DNA from: Alphaproteobacteria bacterium
Lineage (GTDB): Bacteria; Pseudomonadota; Alphaproteobacteria; Micropepsales; Micropepsaceae
Assembly: GCA_016125165.1 (NCBI GenBank)
Contig: WGMH01000006.1
Coordinates: forward strand, 127,274-191,273
Length of the DNA stretch: 64,000 nucleotides
Reading direction: 5' to 3'
The notes beneath the pieces are model-generated. The model worked only from the letters and a program-made list of their open reading frames with translations, made no database searches and was not told the DNA's origin. Every line of letters starts with the position of its first letter. Position 1 is the stretch's first letter. The position numbers were made by a program, and so were the translations under genes. This document shows positions 17,557 through 26,060 of the stretch, piece after piece.

Positions 17557-20500
17557 ATGCCGAGGAAACTGCTCATCGCCAACCGGGGCGAGATCGCCAT
17601 CCGCGTGGCCCGCACGGCTGCCGAGATGGGGATCGCAACCGTCGCGGTGTTCTCCGAAGATGACGCGGCCTCGCTGCATGTGCGCAAAGCCGATTTCATG
17701 CACGCGCTGCCGGGAAGCGGCGCCGCCGCCTATCTGAACATTGCCGCTGTTGTTGCCGCCGCACGCGAGTCCGGCTGCGACGCCATCCATCCCGGATATG
17801 GCTTCCTGAGCGAAAACGCCGATTTCGCGCACGCCTGCGAACGCGAAGGCATCTGCTTCGTCGGGCCGTCTCCGCAAACCCTTACCCTCTTCGGTGACAA
17901 GGCAAAGGCCCGCGCGCTCGCGGAAAAATGCGGTGTGTCGCTGCTGAAAGGTACCGGTCCCATCGATGCGAAGGGCGCGGCGGACTTTCTTGCCAGCCTC
18001 GGCAAGGGCGGCGCCATCATGCTGAAGGCCGTCGCCGGCGGCGGCGGGCGCGGCATGCGGCGCGTGGCGGATGCAAGCGAAGTGGAAGCCGCCTTCGCGC
18101 GCTGCGCCTCCGAAGCCAAGGCTGCTTTCGGCAACGATGCCGTCTATGCCGAAGAGTATCTGCCGCGCGCGCGCCATATCGAGGTGCAGATCGTCGGCGA
18201 TGGAAAAGGCGTCTCGCACATCTGGGACCGCGAATGCTCGCTGCAGCGCCAGCGCCAGAAGGTCATCGAGATCGCGCCCGCACCCGGTCTTTCGCCAGCC
18301 CTGCGCGAAAAGCTGTTCGAGGCGGCGGTGAATCTTGCCCGCGCCGCCGATTACAGATCGCTCGGCACCATAGAGTTTCTCGTCAGCGGCGACCGCTTCG
18401 CCTTCATTGAGGCCAATGCCCGCCTTCAGGTGGAGCACACCGTCACCGAGGAAGTCACAGGCCTCGACCTCGTGCGCATCCAGCTTGAGGTAGCAGACGG
18501 CAAATCGCTCGCCGAACTTCATCTGACGCAGAAAGACATTCCTCACCCGCGTGACGCAGCACTTCAGGCCCGCATCAACATGGAAACCATGGCGGCGGAT
18601 GGCACGGCCAAGCCCGCGGGCGGCACGCTCGCCGTTTACGAACCGCCATCGGGCCGCGGCGTGCGCGTGGATGGCTTCGGCTATGCCGGTTACAAAACCT
18701 CCGCGCGCTACGATTCCCTGCTCGCCAAATTGATCGTGCGTGCCCCCACGCTCGCCGAGGCCAAGAGCAAGGCCTATCGCGCACTATGCGAATTCAGGAT
18801 TGCTGGTGCGCCCACCAACATTGCCTTCCTGCAAAACCTGCTGCTGCATCCCGCCGGTCACGAGGAGATCCACACCGGCTTCGTGGAAGAGAACATCGAA
18901 GCCCTGATCGCCCAGCGCGAAGCCGATCACGCCAAGCTCTACTTCGATGCGGGCGGCAAAACGCAGCGCGCGGGCTCCAAGGTCGATGCGAGCGACCCGC
19001 TCGCCGTGCTCGCGCTCGGCAAGCAGGAGAAAAACGAAACATCAAAGGCCGCCGCTGAGGATGCGCCGGACGGCACCGTGCCCCTTGTTGCGCCTTTGCA
19101 AGGCACCATCGTTTCGCTCTCTGTGAAGGCGGGCGATGCGGTGCGCGCGGGTGAACCCGTACTCGTCATGGAAGCGATGAAGATGGAGCACGTCATCGCC
19201 GCCGAAGTCAGCGGCACGTTGCGCGGCTTCGCGATCGAACCCGGTGAAACCGTGTTCGAAGGCGCAACGCTGGCGTTCCTTGAAGAAGGTGATGTGGCAG
19301 GCGCAAGCACGGCGCAGGAAGCTGCCGCCGATCTCGACGCCATCCGCCCCGACCTCGAAGAATTCTACAAGCGCCGCGAATTCACGCTCGACCGCGCCCG
19401 CCCGGATGCAGTGGAAAAGCGCCGGAAAACCAATCAGCGCACCGCACGGGAGAACATCGAAGATCTCTGCGACGCCGATTCCTTTGTGGAATATGGCTCG
19501 CTCGTGGTGGCGGGCCGCCTGCGCCGCAATTCGATGGACGAACTGATCCGCAAAACGCCCGGCGACGGCCTTGTCATGGGCCTTGGCCGCGTCAACGGCC
19601 ACCTCTTTCCCGATGAACAGGCGCGCATTGTCGCCATGTCCTACGACTACACCGTACTGGCGGGCACACAGGGGCTGCGCAACCACGAAAAGAAAGACCG
19701 CATGCTGCACATCGCCACCGATTGGCGATTGCCCATCGTGTTCTTTACTGAAGGCGGCGGCGGACGCCCCGGCGACACCGATGCGATGAGCGCCGGCGGC
19801 CTCAACACCACCACCTTCCAGATGTTCGCCAAACTCTCCGGCCTCGTGCCGCTGGTCGGGATCAATTCCGGCTATTGCTTCGCGGGCAATGCGGCGCTGC
19901 TCGGCTGCTGCGATGTCATCATCGCCACAAAGAATTCCTCCATCGGCATGGGCGGCCCCGCGATGATCGAAGGCGGCGGGCTTGGTGTGTTTCATCCGAG
20001 CGAAGTCGGCCCCGTTTCCGTGCAATCGCCCAACGGCGTCATCGACATCGTGGTGGAAGACGAAGCCGAGGGCGTCGCCACCGCGAAGAAATACCTCTCC
20101 TATTTCCAGGGCGCTGTGAAGGACTGGTCGTGCATCGACCAGCGTGAATTGCGCCGTGTCATTCCCGAGAACCGCCTGCGCGTCTACGACATCCGCAAGG
20201 TCATCGAGATGATGTCCGACACGGGCAGCGTGCTCGAACTGCGCCGTGAATTCGGCGTGGGCATGGTCACCGCCTTCGCGCGCATCGAAGGCCGGCCCGT
20301 CGGCATCATCGCCAACAATCCGAAGCACCTCGGCGGCGCCATCGACCGCGACGGCTCCGACAAGGCCGCGCGCTTCATGCAGCTATGCGATGCCTACGAC
20401 ATTCCCATTCTCATGCTCTGCGATACGCCGGGCAACATGGTGGGGCCGGAAGCAGAAAAAACGGGCCTCGTGCGCCACAACTCGCGCCTCTTCGTCATTG

Positions 20501-20898
20501 GCGCGAATGTTTCTGTGCCGCTGTTCACCGTCATCCTGCGCAAGGGCTACGGCCTCGGCGCGCAGGGCATGGCCGGTGCGAGCTTCGTTGCGCCGTTCTT
20601 CACGATCTCTTGGCCCACCGGCGAGTTCGGCGGCATGGGCCTCGAAGGCGCGGTGAAGCTCGGCTATCGCAACGAGCTTGCGGCCATTGCCGATCCCGCC
20701 GAGCGCAAAAGGAAGTTCGACGAGATGGTTGCGCAGATGTACGCGCGCGGCAAAGCCATCAGCGCCGCAACGCTCATGGAATTCGACGAAGTCATCGACC
20801 CCGCAGACACCCGCAAATGGATCACCGCGGGCCTCCGCTCCGTTCCCGCCCCGCCCAAGCGCGAAGGCAAGAAGCGCCCGTGGATCGATGCGTGGTGA
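17557..20898 (+). CDS. Single-chain biotin-dependent acyl-CoA carboxylase (biotin carboxylase, BCCP, carboxyltransferase fused)
   Basis: N-terminal BC (KLLIANRGEIAIRVARTA..., ATP-grasp). Biotinyl domain with EAMKMEH, Lys codon at 19180-19182. The C-terminal ~500 aa resemble PccB/AccD5-type carboxyltransferases. One continuous 1113-aa frame. Confidence 0.88.
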   Translation: MPRKLLIANRGEIAIRVARTAAEMGIATVAVFSEDDAASLHVRKADFMHALPGSGAAAYLNIAAVVAAARESGCDAIHPGYGFLSENADFAHACEREGICFVGPSPQTLTLFGDKAKARALAEKCGVSLLKGTGPIDAKGAADFLASLGKGGAIMLKAVAGGGGRGMRRVADASEVEAAFARCASEAKAAFGNDAVYAEEYLPRARHIEVQIVGDGKGVSHIWDRECSLQRQRQKVIEIAPAPGLSPALREKLFEAAVNLARAADYRSLGTIEFLVSGDRFAFIEANARLQVEHTVTEEVTGLDLVRIQLEVADGKSLAELHLTQKDIPHPRDAALQARINMETMAADGTAKPAGGTLAVYEPPSGRGVRVDGFGYAGYKTSARYDSLLAKLIVRAPTLAEAKSKAYRALCEFRIAGAPTNIAFLQNLLLHPAGHEEIHTGFVEENIEALIAQREADHAKLYFDAGGKTQRAGSKVDASDPLAVLALGKQEKNETSKAAAEDAPDGTVPLVAPLQGTIVSLSVKAGDAVRAGEPVLVMEAMKMEHVIAAEVSGTLRGFAIEPGETVFEGATLAFLEEGDVAGASTAQEAAADLDAIRPDLEEFYKRREFTLDRARPDAVEKRRKTNQRTARENIEDLCDADSFVEYGSLVVAGRLRRNSMDELIRKTPGDGLVMGLGRVNGHLFPDEQARIVAMSYDYTVLAGTQGLRNHEKKDRMLHIATDWRLPIVFFTEGGGGRPGDTDAMSAGGLNTTTFQMFAKLSGLVPLVGINSGYCFAGNAALLGCCDVIIATKNSSIGMGGPAMIEGGGLGVFHPSEVGPVSVQSPNGVIDIVVEDEAEGVATAKKYLSYFQGAVKDWSCIDQRELRRVIPENRLRVYDIRKVIEMMSDTGSVLELRREFGVGMVTAFARIEGRPVGIIANNPKHLGGAIDRDGSDKAARFMQLCDAYDIPILMLCDTPGNMVGPEAEKTGLVRHNSRLFVIGANVSVPLFTVILRKGYGLGAQGMAGASFVAPFFTISWPTGEFGGMGLEGAVKLGYRNELAAIADPAERKRKFDEMVAQMYARGKAISAATLMEFDEVIDPADTRKWITAGLRSVPAPPKREGKKRPWIDAW

Positions 20899-20919
20899 GG
20901 GGCTAATAGCAAACACCAT

Positions 20920-20971
20920 TGTCATCCCCGGCCGAGAATTGCGAAGCAATGCGAGGGGAAGGGGACCCAGG
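20920..20971. repeat. Left inverted repeat of the GIY-YIG unit
   Basis: TGTCATCCCCGGCC ... GCGAGGGGAAGGGGACCCAGG. A 14-bp block and a 21-bp block match the reverse complement of 21336-21388 exactly, with a diverged ~17-nt middle. Confidence 0.8.
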
Positions 20972-21020
20972 TGGCGCGCCTATCTCGATATCCAACGTGT
21001 GTTTGACTAAGATTGCATCC

Positions 21021-21386
21021 ATGCGCGATCACATCTACTTCGTGTACATGCTTGCAAGCAGGCGCAACGGCACACTCTATGTCGGCGTGACCAACGACAT
21101 CATACGTCGCACATGGGAACACAAGAACGATCTCATTGAAGGCTTTACACGGAAATACGGCGTGCATCGACTGGTTTGGTACGAGGTGCACCACGACATC
21201 CATGCCGCTATCGCACGCGAAAAGCGTCTGAAGCGCTGGAATCGCGCTTGGAAGATCAGATTGGTCGAAGAGAAAAACTCCGGATGGAATTGTCTCTACG
21301 ACCGAATGACCGGAGAGATCGCGCTGCCGGACCTGCCTGGGTCCCCTTCCCCTCGCGGTGCTGACGCATCGCGAGGCCGGGGATGA
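21021..21386 (+). CDS. GIY-YIG nuclease family protein (COG2827-type small protein)
   Basis: YFVYMLASRRNGTLYVGVTNDIIRRTWEHK..., RLVWYEVHHDIHAAIAREKRLKRWNRAWK. Start set at ATG 21021. The C-terminal tail and TGA stop run into the right inverted repeat. Confidence 0.85.
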   Translation: MRDHIYFVYMLASRRNGTLYVGVTNDIIRRTWEHKNDLIEGFTRKYGVHRLVWYEVHHDIHAAIAREKRLKRWNRAWKIRLVEEKNSGWNCLYDRMTGEIALPDLPGSPSPRGADASRGRG

Positions 21387-21388
21387 CA
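21336..21388. repeat. Right inverted repeat of the GIY-YIG unit
   Basis: CCTGGGTCCCCTTCCCCTCGC ... GGCCGGGGATGACA, the reverse complement of the left repeat blocks. Confidence 0.8.
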
Positions 21389-21394
21389 GTCTTT

Positions 21395-22195
21395 TCAAAA
21401 CTCCACCGGAAGCGCCGTGTAGGGCGTGCCGGAGATGCCGCCATCGACCGGCAGTACCGTGCCGGTGACGTAGCTGGATGCGCGGCTGCAATAGAAGATC
21501 GCCGCGCCGATCATGTCGTCGTCGCTGCCGATGCGCCCGCGCGGCACGCTGGCTTCAATGGCCTTGCGCTGCGTCGCCAGAACAGGGGCCAGCATCTTGG
21601 TCTCAAAGGGGCCCGGCGCGATGGCGTTCACGTTGATGTTGTCGTGCGCCAGATGCTTCGCAAGGTTGCGCGTCAGATGATGCACCGCCGCCTTGCTGGC
21701 CGAATAGGCATAGCTTTCCAGATGCGGTGCGAGAATGCCGTCGATCGAGCCGATGTTGACGATGCGCGCCGGGTCGTCTTTCGTCGCGGCGGCACGCAGA
21801 ACCGGAAGCAAGCCCTGCGTGAGGAAGAAGATCGCTTTCAGGTTCACGTTCATCAGCTTGTCCCAGCCGGCTTCCGAATATTTGTCGATCGGCTCGGCCC
21901 AGGCGGCGCCCGCGTTGTTGATCAGGAAGTCGAGCTTGGTTTCGCGCGCCTTCAGTTCATCGGCCAGCTTCTTCACTTCGGCCATGTCGCCAAGATCGTG
22001 TGCCAAGGGAATGCAGGTGCCGACCTTCGAAAGCTCGGCCGCCGCGCGCTCGCAGGCATCGGCCTTGCGCGAGGAGATATAGGTCTTGACGCCCGCTTCC
22101 ACGAAGCCGCGCGCGATCATCAAGCCGATGCCGCGGCTTCCGCCCGTCACAAGCGCGGTTTTTCCTTCGATGTCGAACAGCTTCGAGATCGCCAT
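21395..22195 (-). CDS. SDR-family oxidoreductase
   Basis: TGGSRGIG cofactor motif, NNAG, and a catalytic YSASKAAV (Y-x3-K) motif. Confidence 0.9.
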   Translation of the reverse strand: MAISKLFDIEGKTALVTGGSRGIGLMIARGFVEAGVKTYISSRKADACERAAAELSKVGTCIPLAHDLGDMAEVKKLADELKARETKLDFLINNAGAAWAEPIDKYSEAGWDKLMNVNLKAIFFLTQGLLPVLRAAATKDDPARIVNIGSIDGILAPHLESYAYSASKAAVHHLTRNLAKHLAHDNINVNAIAPGPFETKMLAPVLATQRKAIEASVPRGRIGSDDDMIGAAIFYCSRASSYVTGTVLPVDGGISGTPYTALPVEF

Positions 22196-22212
22196 GTTTC
22201 AACTCCCTGATA

Positions 22213-22842
22213 TTATTTGCGTGTGCGTTTGGCGGGGCCGAGTACGCGTTTGGGCTTCAGCCACGTCATGATCCATTGGTCCACCAGCGCGCGCTGTTCG
22301 GCGGGCGAAAGCGGCGTTCCGGTGCGCAGTGTCTGGATGGCAATGCCGTCGATCAGCGCAACGATGGCGCGCGCGGCCTTTTTCACATCCACATCCTTGG
22401 CGATATCGCCCGCGTCCTTCGCCGCGCGGATCAGCCTTCCCGTGCGCTTGATCCATTCCTGGTAGCGCGCATGGGTGATCTTGCGCACATGGGCGTTGTG
22501 AACCGAGCGTTCCCAGAAGCCCAGAAAGAAATTCCAGTTGCCGCGGCGGTCTTCGTCAGCCGGAAGCGCGAGGTAGAGCACGCCGCGCATGGCCTCCAGC
22601 TTGTCGGGCAGGTTTTCGGCGGCTTCCATCCGCGCGCGCACATCGCGGGCGGAATATTCGCTCGCCGCCGCCAGCAGCGCGTCCATCGAATCGACATAGT
22701 GGACCAGCGCGCCCGTGGTGAAGCCGGCTTCCTTGGCCACCGCCCGGAAGGTGGCGCCCGAGAGGCCGCGCTTCTTGATGGTGCGGTAGGCGGCGGCCAT
22801 GAAGGCTTCGCGACGTTCGGTATGGTCGACTTTTTTTGGCAT
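22213..22842 (-). CDS. TetR/AcrR-family transcriptional regulator
   Basis: N-terminal HTH (RREAFMAAAYRTIKKRGLSGATFRAVAKEAGFTTGALVHYV). Start at ATG 22842; the upstream extension is Cys/Ser/Gly-rich and unlikely to be coding. Confidence 0.85.
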   Translation of the reverse strand: MPKKVDHTERREAFMAAAYRTIKKRGLSGATFRAVAKEAGFTTGALVHYVDSMDALLAAASEYSARDVRARMEAAENLPDKLEAMRGVLYLALPADEDRRGNWNFFLGFWERSVHNAHVRKITHARYQEWIKRTGRLIRAAKDAGDIAKDVDVKKAARAIVALIDGIAIQTLRTGTPLSPAEQRALVDQWIMTWLKPKRVLGPAKRTRK

Positions 22843-22996
22843 CGGATGGTGAAAATTTCCCACAGTCCCCGAAAGGGTCCGCCATGACGCACCGCAGCAT
22901 GAACTCGCTGCCGGGCCGCACAATGCCTTGGCGAAGGGCGGCTTTCAAGCTCCGCCGCACCGCACCAAAGCGGAACCGCGTACGATGCGCGAGTGG

Positions 22997-23012
22997 CATA
23001 ACACACGTTATG
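22997..23012. promoter_or_regulatory. Palindromic operator candidate 1 (CATAAC-ACAC-GTTATG)
   Basis: 6-bp perfect inverted arms with a 4-bp spacer, in the divergent TetR / TonB-receptor intergenic region. Confidence 0.5.
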
Positions 23013-23029
23013 CGATGTTTGCGCCGTTC

Positions 23030-23045
23030 CATAACACGCGTTATG
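23030..23045. promoter_or_regulatory. Palindromic operator candidate 2 (CATAAC-ACGC-GTTATG)
   Basis: Second copy 33 bp downstream of the first. The flanking bases also repeat (..GTTATGCGATGTTTGCG / ..GTTATGTTTCGTCTGCG). Confidence 0.5.
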
Positions 23046-23155
23046 TTTCGTCTGCGCGGGGTCCAATCACCGCCGCGCCGGATTGCTCGGGAAAGCACGC
23101 CGGAAAAAACGCACGGCGGCATCCACGAATGTCCGACAAAGCGAGGGGAAGAAAA

Positions 23156-25393
23156 ATGCTCAAGAACCGCTATACATTGCTGCTGGGTGGAACAGCGCTC
23201 TGCTGCCTTTTTGGCAGTGGCGCCATGGCCCAGCAATCCTCCGGCATCGAAACGGTCACGGTCACGGCCGAAAAGCGCGAAGCCGATCTGCAGAAAGTAC
23301 CGGTCGCCGTCACCGCGCTGGAAGGCGGCGAACTGGACAGTCATGGCATTGTCGGCTTCGAGGATCTCACCATGCAGGTGCCCTCGCTGCGCTTTGGTGC
23401 GGGCGTCACTGGCGGCGAGCATGTCGTCACCCTGCGCGGCATCGGCAGCCAGAACACCACTTCCGGTGGCGATTCGCCGGTCGCCTATAGCGTGGACGGC
23501 GTCTATCAGGGCCGCACGACGGCGGTCGATCCGGAATTCTTCGACATCAGCCGCATCGAAGTGCTGCACGGCCCGCAGGGTACGCTCTATGGCCGCAACT
23601 CGGTTGGCGGCTCCATCAACATCATCACCAACCGGCCGGATGGCGAATTCGGCGCCTATGCCGATGCCATGTTCGGCAACTACAGCGCCTGGACGTTGCG
23701 CGGCTGGCTGAACGTTCCGCTCAACAGCGGCGAGAACGGACCGGAAATCAACGCCCGCATCACCGGCGTCTCCGCCAATCGCGACGGCTACCAGAAGAAC
23801 AATTCCACCACGCCCGGCCACACCAGCGACAGCGACGGTCAGGACTTCTATCTCGTGCGCGGTCAGCTCGACATGAAGTTCTCCGACGATGTCGATTTCC
23901 TCATCTCCGGTTACGTCACCAACAATGACGCTCCGGTGGCGACGAAACTGGCATGGGGCACTGCGCCGCTCGCGTCGCAGGCGCGCTTCGTCGGCCAGAC
24001 CTACGATCCCAATCCGCGCCACTCCTCCTCCGGCTTTCCGGACAGGCTGAGCCAGCAGAACAACGGCATCTCCGGCACGCTCACATGGAATCTGGGCGCG
24101 GCGACGATGACCTCCATCACCGCCTATACTCATGGTGACTGGCACCAGACCAACGATGCGGATTCCTCGGATCTGGACATCGCGCATCTGAATTACTGGA
24201 CGCTCGACAGCGACCAGTTCTCGCAGGAAGTGCGTTTTGCCTCCAATCCCTCCGATAGCGCATTCAGCTGGATCGCCGGGTTCTTCTACTTCAACGAAAA
24301 GGTCAATCAGGGCTTCCAGTATGTGGATACGGGCCTGAACGCGCCTTTCGGCACCGGCTTCATCTTCACCAATGGCGGCGATATCGAGACCACTTCCTGG
24401 GCGCCTTTCGGCCAGGTGGATTTCGATCTGTCCAAGACCAGCGCGAACATTCCGCTCACCGTCACGCTTGGCCTGCGCTATACGCATGACGAAAAGAAGA
24501 TCGACGACTTCCTGAACTACGAAATTCCGGATTTCGCCTTCGTTCTTCCGCTGGCGAAGGTGGTGGACAAATCATGGTCGCAGGTCACCGGCAAGTTCGG
24601 CCTTGCCTATCAGGCCAGCGATGACACCATGATCTACGCCAACATGTCTCGCGGTTATCTGGCGGGCGGCGAACTCGTCGGCAACTTCCCGGGCGTCTAC
24701 GATCCGGAAACGGTCATGAACTACGAAACGGGCTTCAAGACCCGCTTCGCAGACGATCGCGTGCAGTTGAACGCGTCGGCCTACTACACGCGCATCCGCG
24801 ACATGCAGGTGTTCGTGCAGGACATCACGGGCTCGCGCATCGACAACGCAGGCAAGGCGCATGTGCAGGGCGTTGAAGCAGAGCTGATTGCGCTGCCGAC
24901 CGATGCGCTGCGCATCAACGCTTCGCTCGCACTCACCGAGGCGAAATACGATGAATACGAAACCATCGACAATCGCTATGCCGCTCCGCCGCCGTCCTGC
25001 ACGCTTCCAGGCGGCCTTTGCGACTTCAAGGGTCACCGCCTGATCCAGACGCCGGACTGGACGGTGGGCCTCGGCGCGCAATACACGATCGAAACGGAAA
25101 TCGGCACCTTCACGCCGCGCGCGGACGTGTTCTTCTCCGGCGATCTGTACTTCCTCTCCGCCAACTCGCCCATGGACCGTCAGGACGCCTACACGATGGC
25201 GAACCTGCACCTTTCATGGACATCGACGGACGGCAAATGGACGGCCGACGCCTTCGTCAACAATGTCGGCGATGAGGATGTCATCTCCAACGACGGTCTG
25301 CAGTCCAACACCATTGGCCTGGGCTACGGCATCGACAACTACACCTACTACCCGCCGCGCACCTACGGCCTGCGCGTCGGCGTTCACATGTAA
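23156..25393 (+). CDS. TonB-dependent outer-membrane receptor
   Basis: Signal peptide (LLLGGTALCCLFGSGAMAQQ), plug domain (IETVTVTAEKREADLQKVPVAVTAL, RIEVLHGPQGTLYGRNSVGGSINII), and a C-terminal beta-barrel ending in an aromatic-rich terminus. Start at ATG 23156. Confidence 0.9.
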   Translation: MLKNRYTLLLGGTALCCLFGSGAMAQQSSGIETVTVTAEKREADLQKVPVAVTALEGGELDSHGIVGFEDLTMQVPSLRFGAGVTGGEHVVTLRGIGSQNTTSGGDSPVAYSVDGVYQGRTTAVDPEFFDISRIEVLHGPQGTLYGRNSVGGSINIITNRPDGEFGAYADAMFGNYSAWTLRGWLNVPLNSGENGPEINARITGVSANRDGYQKNNSTTPGHTSDSDGQDFYLVRGQLDMKFSDDVDFLISGYVTNNDAPVATKLAWGTAPLASQARFVGQTYDPNPRHSSSGFPDRLSQQNNGISGTLTWNLGAATMTSITAYTHGDWHQTNDADSSDLDIAHLNYWTLDSDQFSQEVRFASNPSDSAFSWIAGFFYFNEKVNQGFQYVDTGLNAPFGTGFIFTNGGDIETTSWAPFGQVDFDLSKTSANIPLTVTLGLRYTHDEKKIDDFLNYEIPDFAFVLPLAKVVDKSWSQVTGKFGLAYQASDDTMIYANMSRGYLAGGELVGNFPGVYDPETVMNYETGFKTRFADDRVQLNASAYYTRIRDMQVFVQDITGSRIDNAGKAHVQGVEAELIALPTDALRINASLALTEAKYDEYETIDNRYAAPPPSCTLPGGLCDFKGHRLIQTPDWTVGLGAQYTIETEIGTFTPRADVFFSGDLYFLSANSPMDRQDAYTMANLHLSWTSTDGKWTADAFVNNVGDEDVISNDGLQSNTIGLGYGIDNYTYYPPRTYGLRVGVHM

Positions 25394-25422
25394 CCGGCGC
25401 GCCGCGGCGCGCTGCGTATTCC

Positions 25423-25471
25423 GGTGGGGGGCATCAGCTCCGCTTTAGTGAGCCCCCCACCGCTTTTTTTT
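25423..25471 (+). terminator. Rho-independent terminator after the TonB-dependent receptor
   Basis: GGTGGGGGGC-19 nt-GCCCCCCACC followed by a run of eight T. Confidence 0.65.
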
Positions 25472-25512
25472 CAGATCGGCACACACAAGCCTCCCCATAA
25501 GCGGAGGCCGCA

Positions 25513-26034
25513 ATGGAAAAGGCACCGATGAGCGGCTGGCATCTTGAACATCTCTATCACACCGTCGTCAGCGTGAAGGATCTGGACGAATCCATCGCCT
25601 TCTACAAACTTCTGGGTTTCGAGGTTCTCAACGACCGCCGCCATGTCGAATGGCCGGATTTCGTCGCCAACATTTTCGGCATGAAGCGCGCCAAGGGCCG
25701 TGGTGTTCTGATGATCCTGCCCACCGATCCCAACGGTCCGATGATCGACCTCATTGAGTGGCTGGAACCGAAAGACAAATTCCCCACCATCCCCCTGCCC
25801 GAAGGCAGCGTTCCGCGCATCATCGCTTTCCGCACGAAAAACGTTCATGCCGCCTACAAGGCGCTGAAGGAAGCCGGCGCACGCTTCACCTGGGACATTT
25901 TCGGCCCGCATCCCGATCTTGGTATCGTCGGTAGCTGCTGCTGCTACGACCCCAACGGCAATCTCATCGAACTGATCGAGCTCAATCCGGGTCAGCGTCA
26001 TTCCAAGGCGGAATCGCTGACCGGAAATTCCTGA
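25513..26034 (+). CDS. VOC (glyoxalase/bleomycin-resistance/dioxygenase) family protein
   Basis: HLYHTVVSVKDLDESIAFYKLLGFEV and a C-terminal DPNGNLIELIE. GGAGG lies 5 nt before the ATG. Confidence 0.8.
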   Translation: MEKAPMSGWHLEHLYHTVVSVKDLDESIAFYKLLGFEVLNDRRHVEWPDFVANIFGMKRAKGRGVLMILPTDPNGPMIDLIEWLEPKDKFPTIPLPEGSVPRIIAFRTKNVHAAYKALKEAGARFTWDIFGPHPDLGIVGSCCCYDPNGNLIELIELNPGQRHSKAESLTGNS

Positions 26035-26060
26035 CGCTCAGCCATAACGAGGAGATCATC

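Larger units (their letters stand above)
20920..21388. mobile_element. Inverted-repeat-bounded unit carrying only a GIY-YIG gene (putative small mobile or repeat-associated element)
   Basis: ~52-bp imperfect terminal inverted repeats at 20920-20971 and 21336-21388. The unit fills almost the whole convergent intergenic gap between the carboxylase and SDR genes. Confidence 0.45.

Noticed and set aside
19042-20328. 428-aa ORF on the minus strand inside the carboxylase gene
   Set aside because: It is a shadow frame of the 1113-aa carboxylase. Its composition is Ala/Gly/Arg/His-rich, with no motifs.
22928-23155. 76-codon N-terminal extension of the TonB-dependent receptor ORF
   Set aside because: The extension covers the palindromic operator region and has no signal peptide. 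A proper signal peptide begins at ATG 23156.
22556-24487. 643-aa ORF on the minus strand
   Set aside because: It is antisense to the TonB-dependent receptor and TetR region. It is a GC-rich shadow frame with no recognisable domains.
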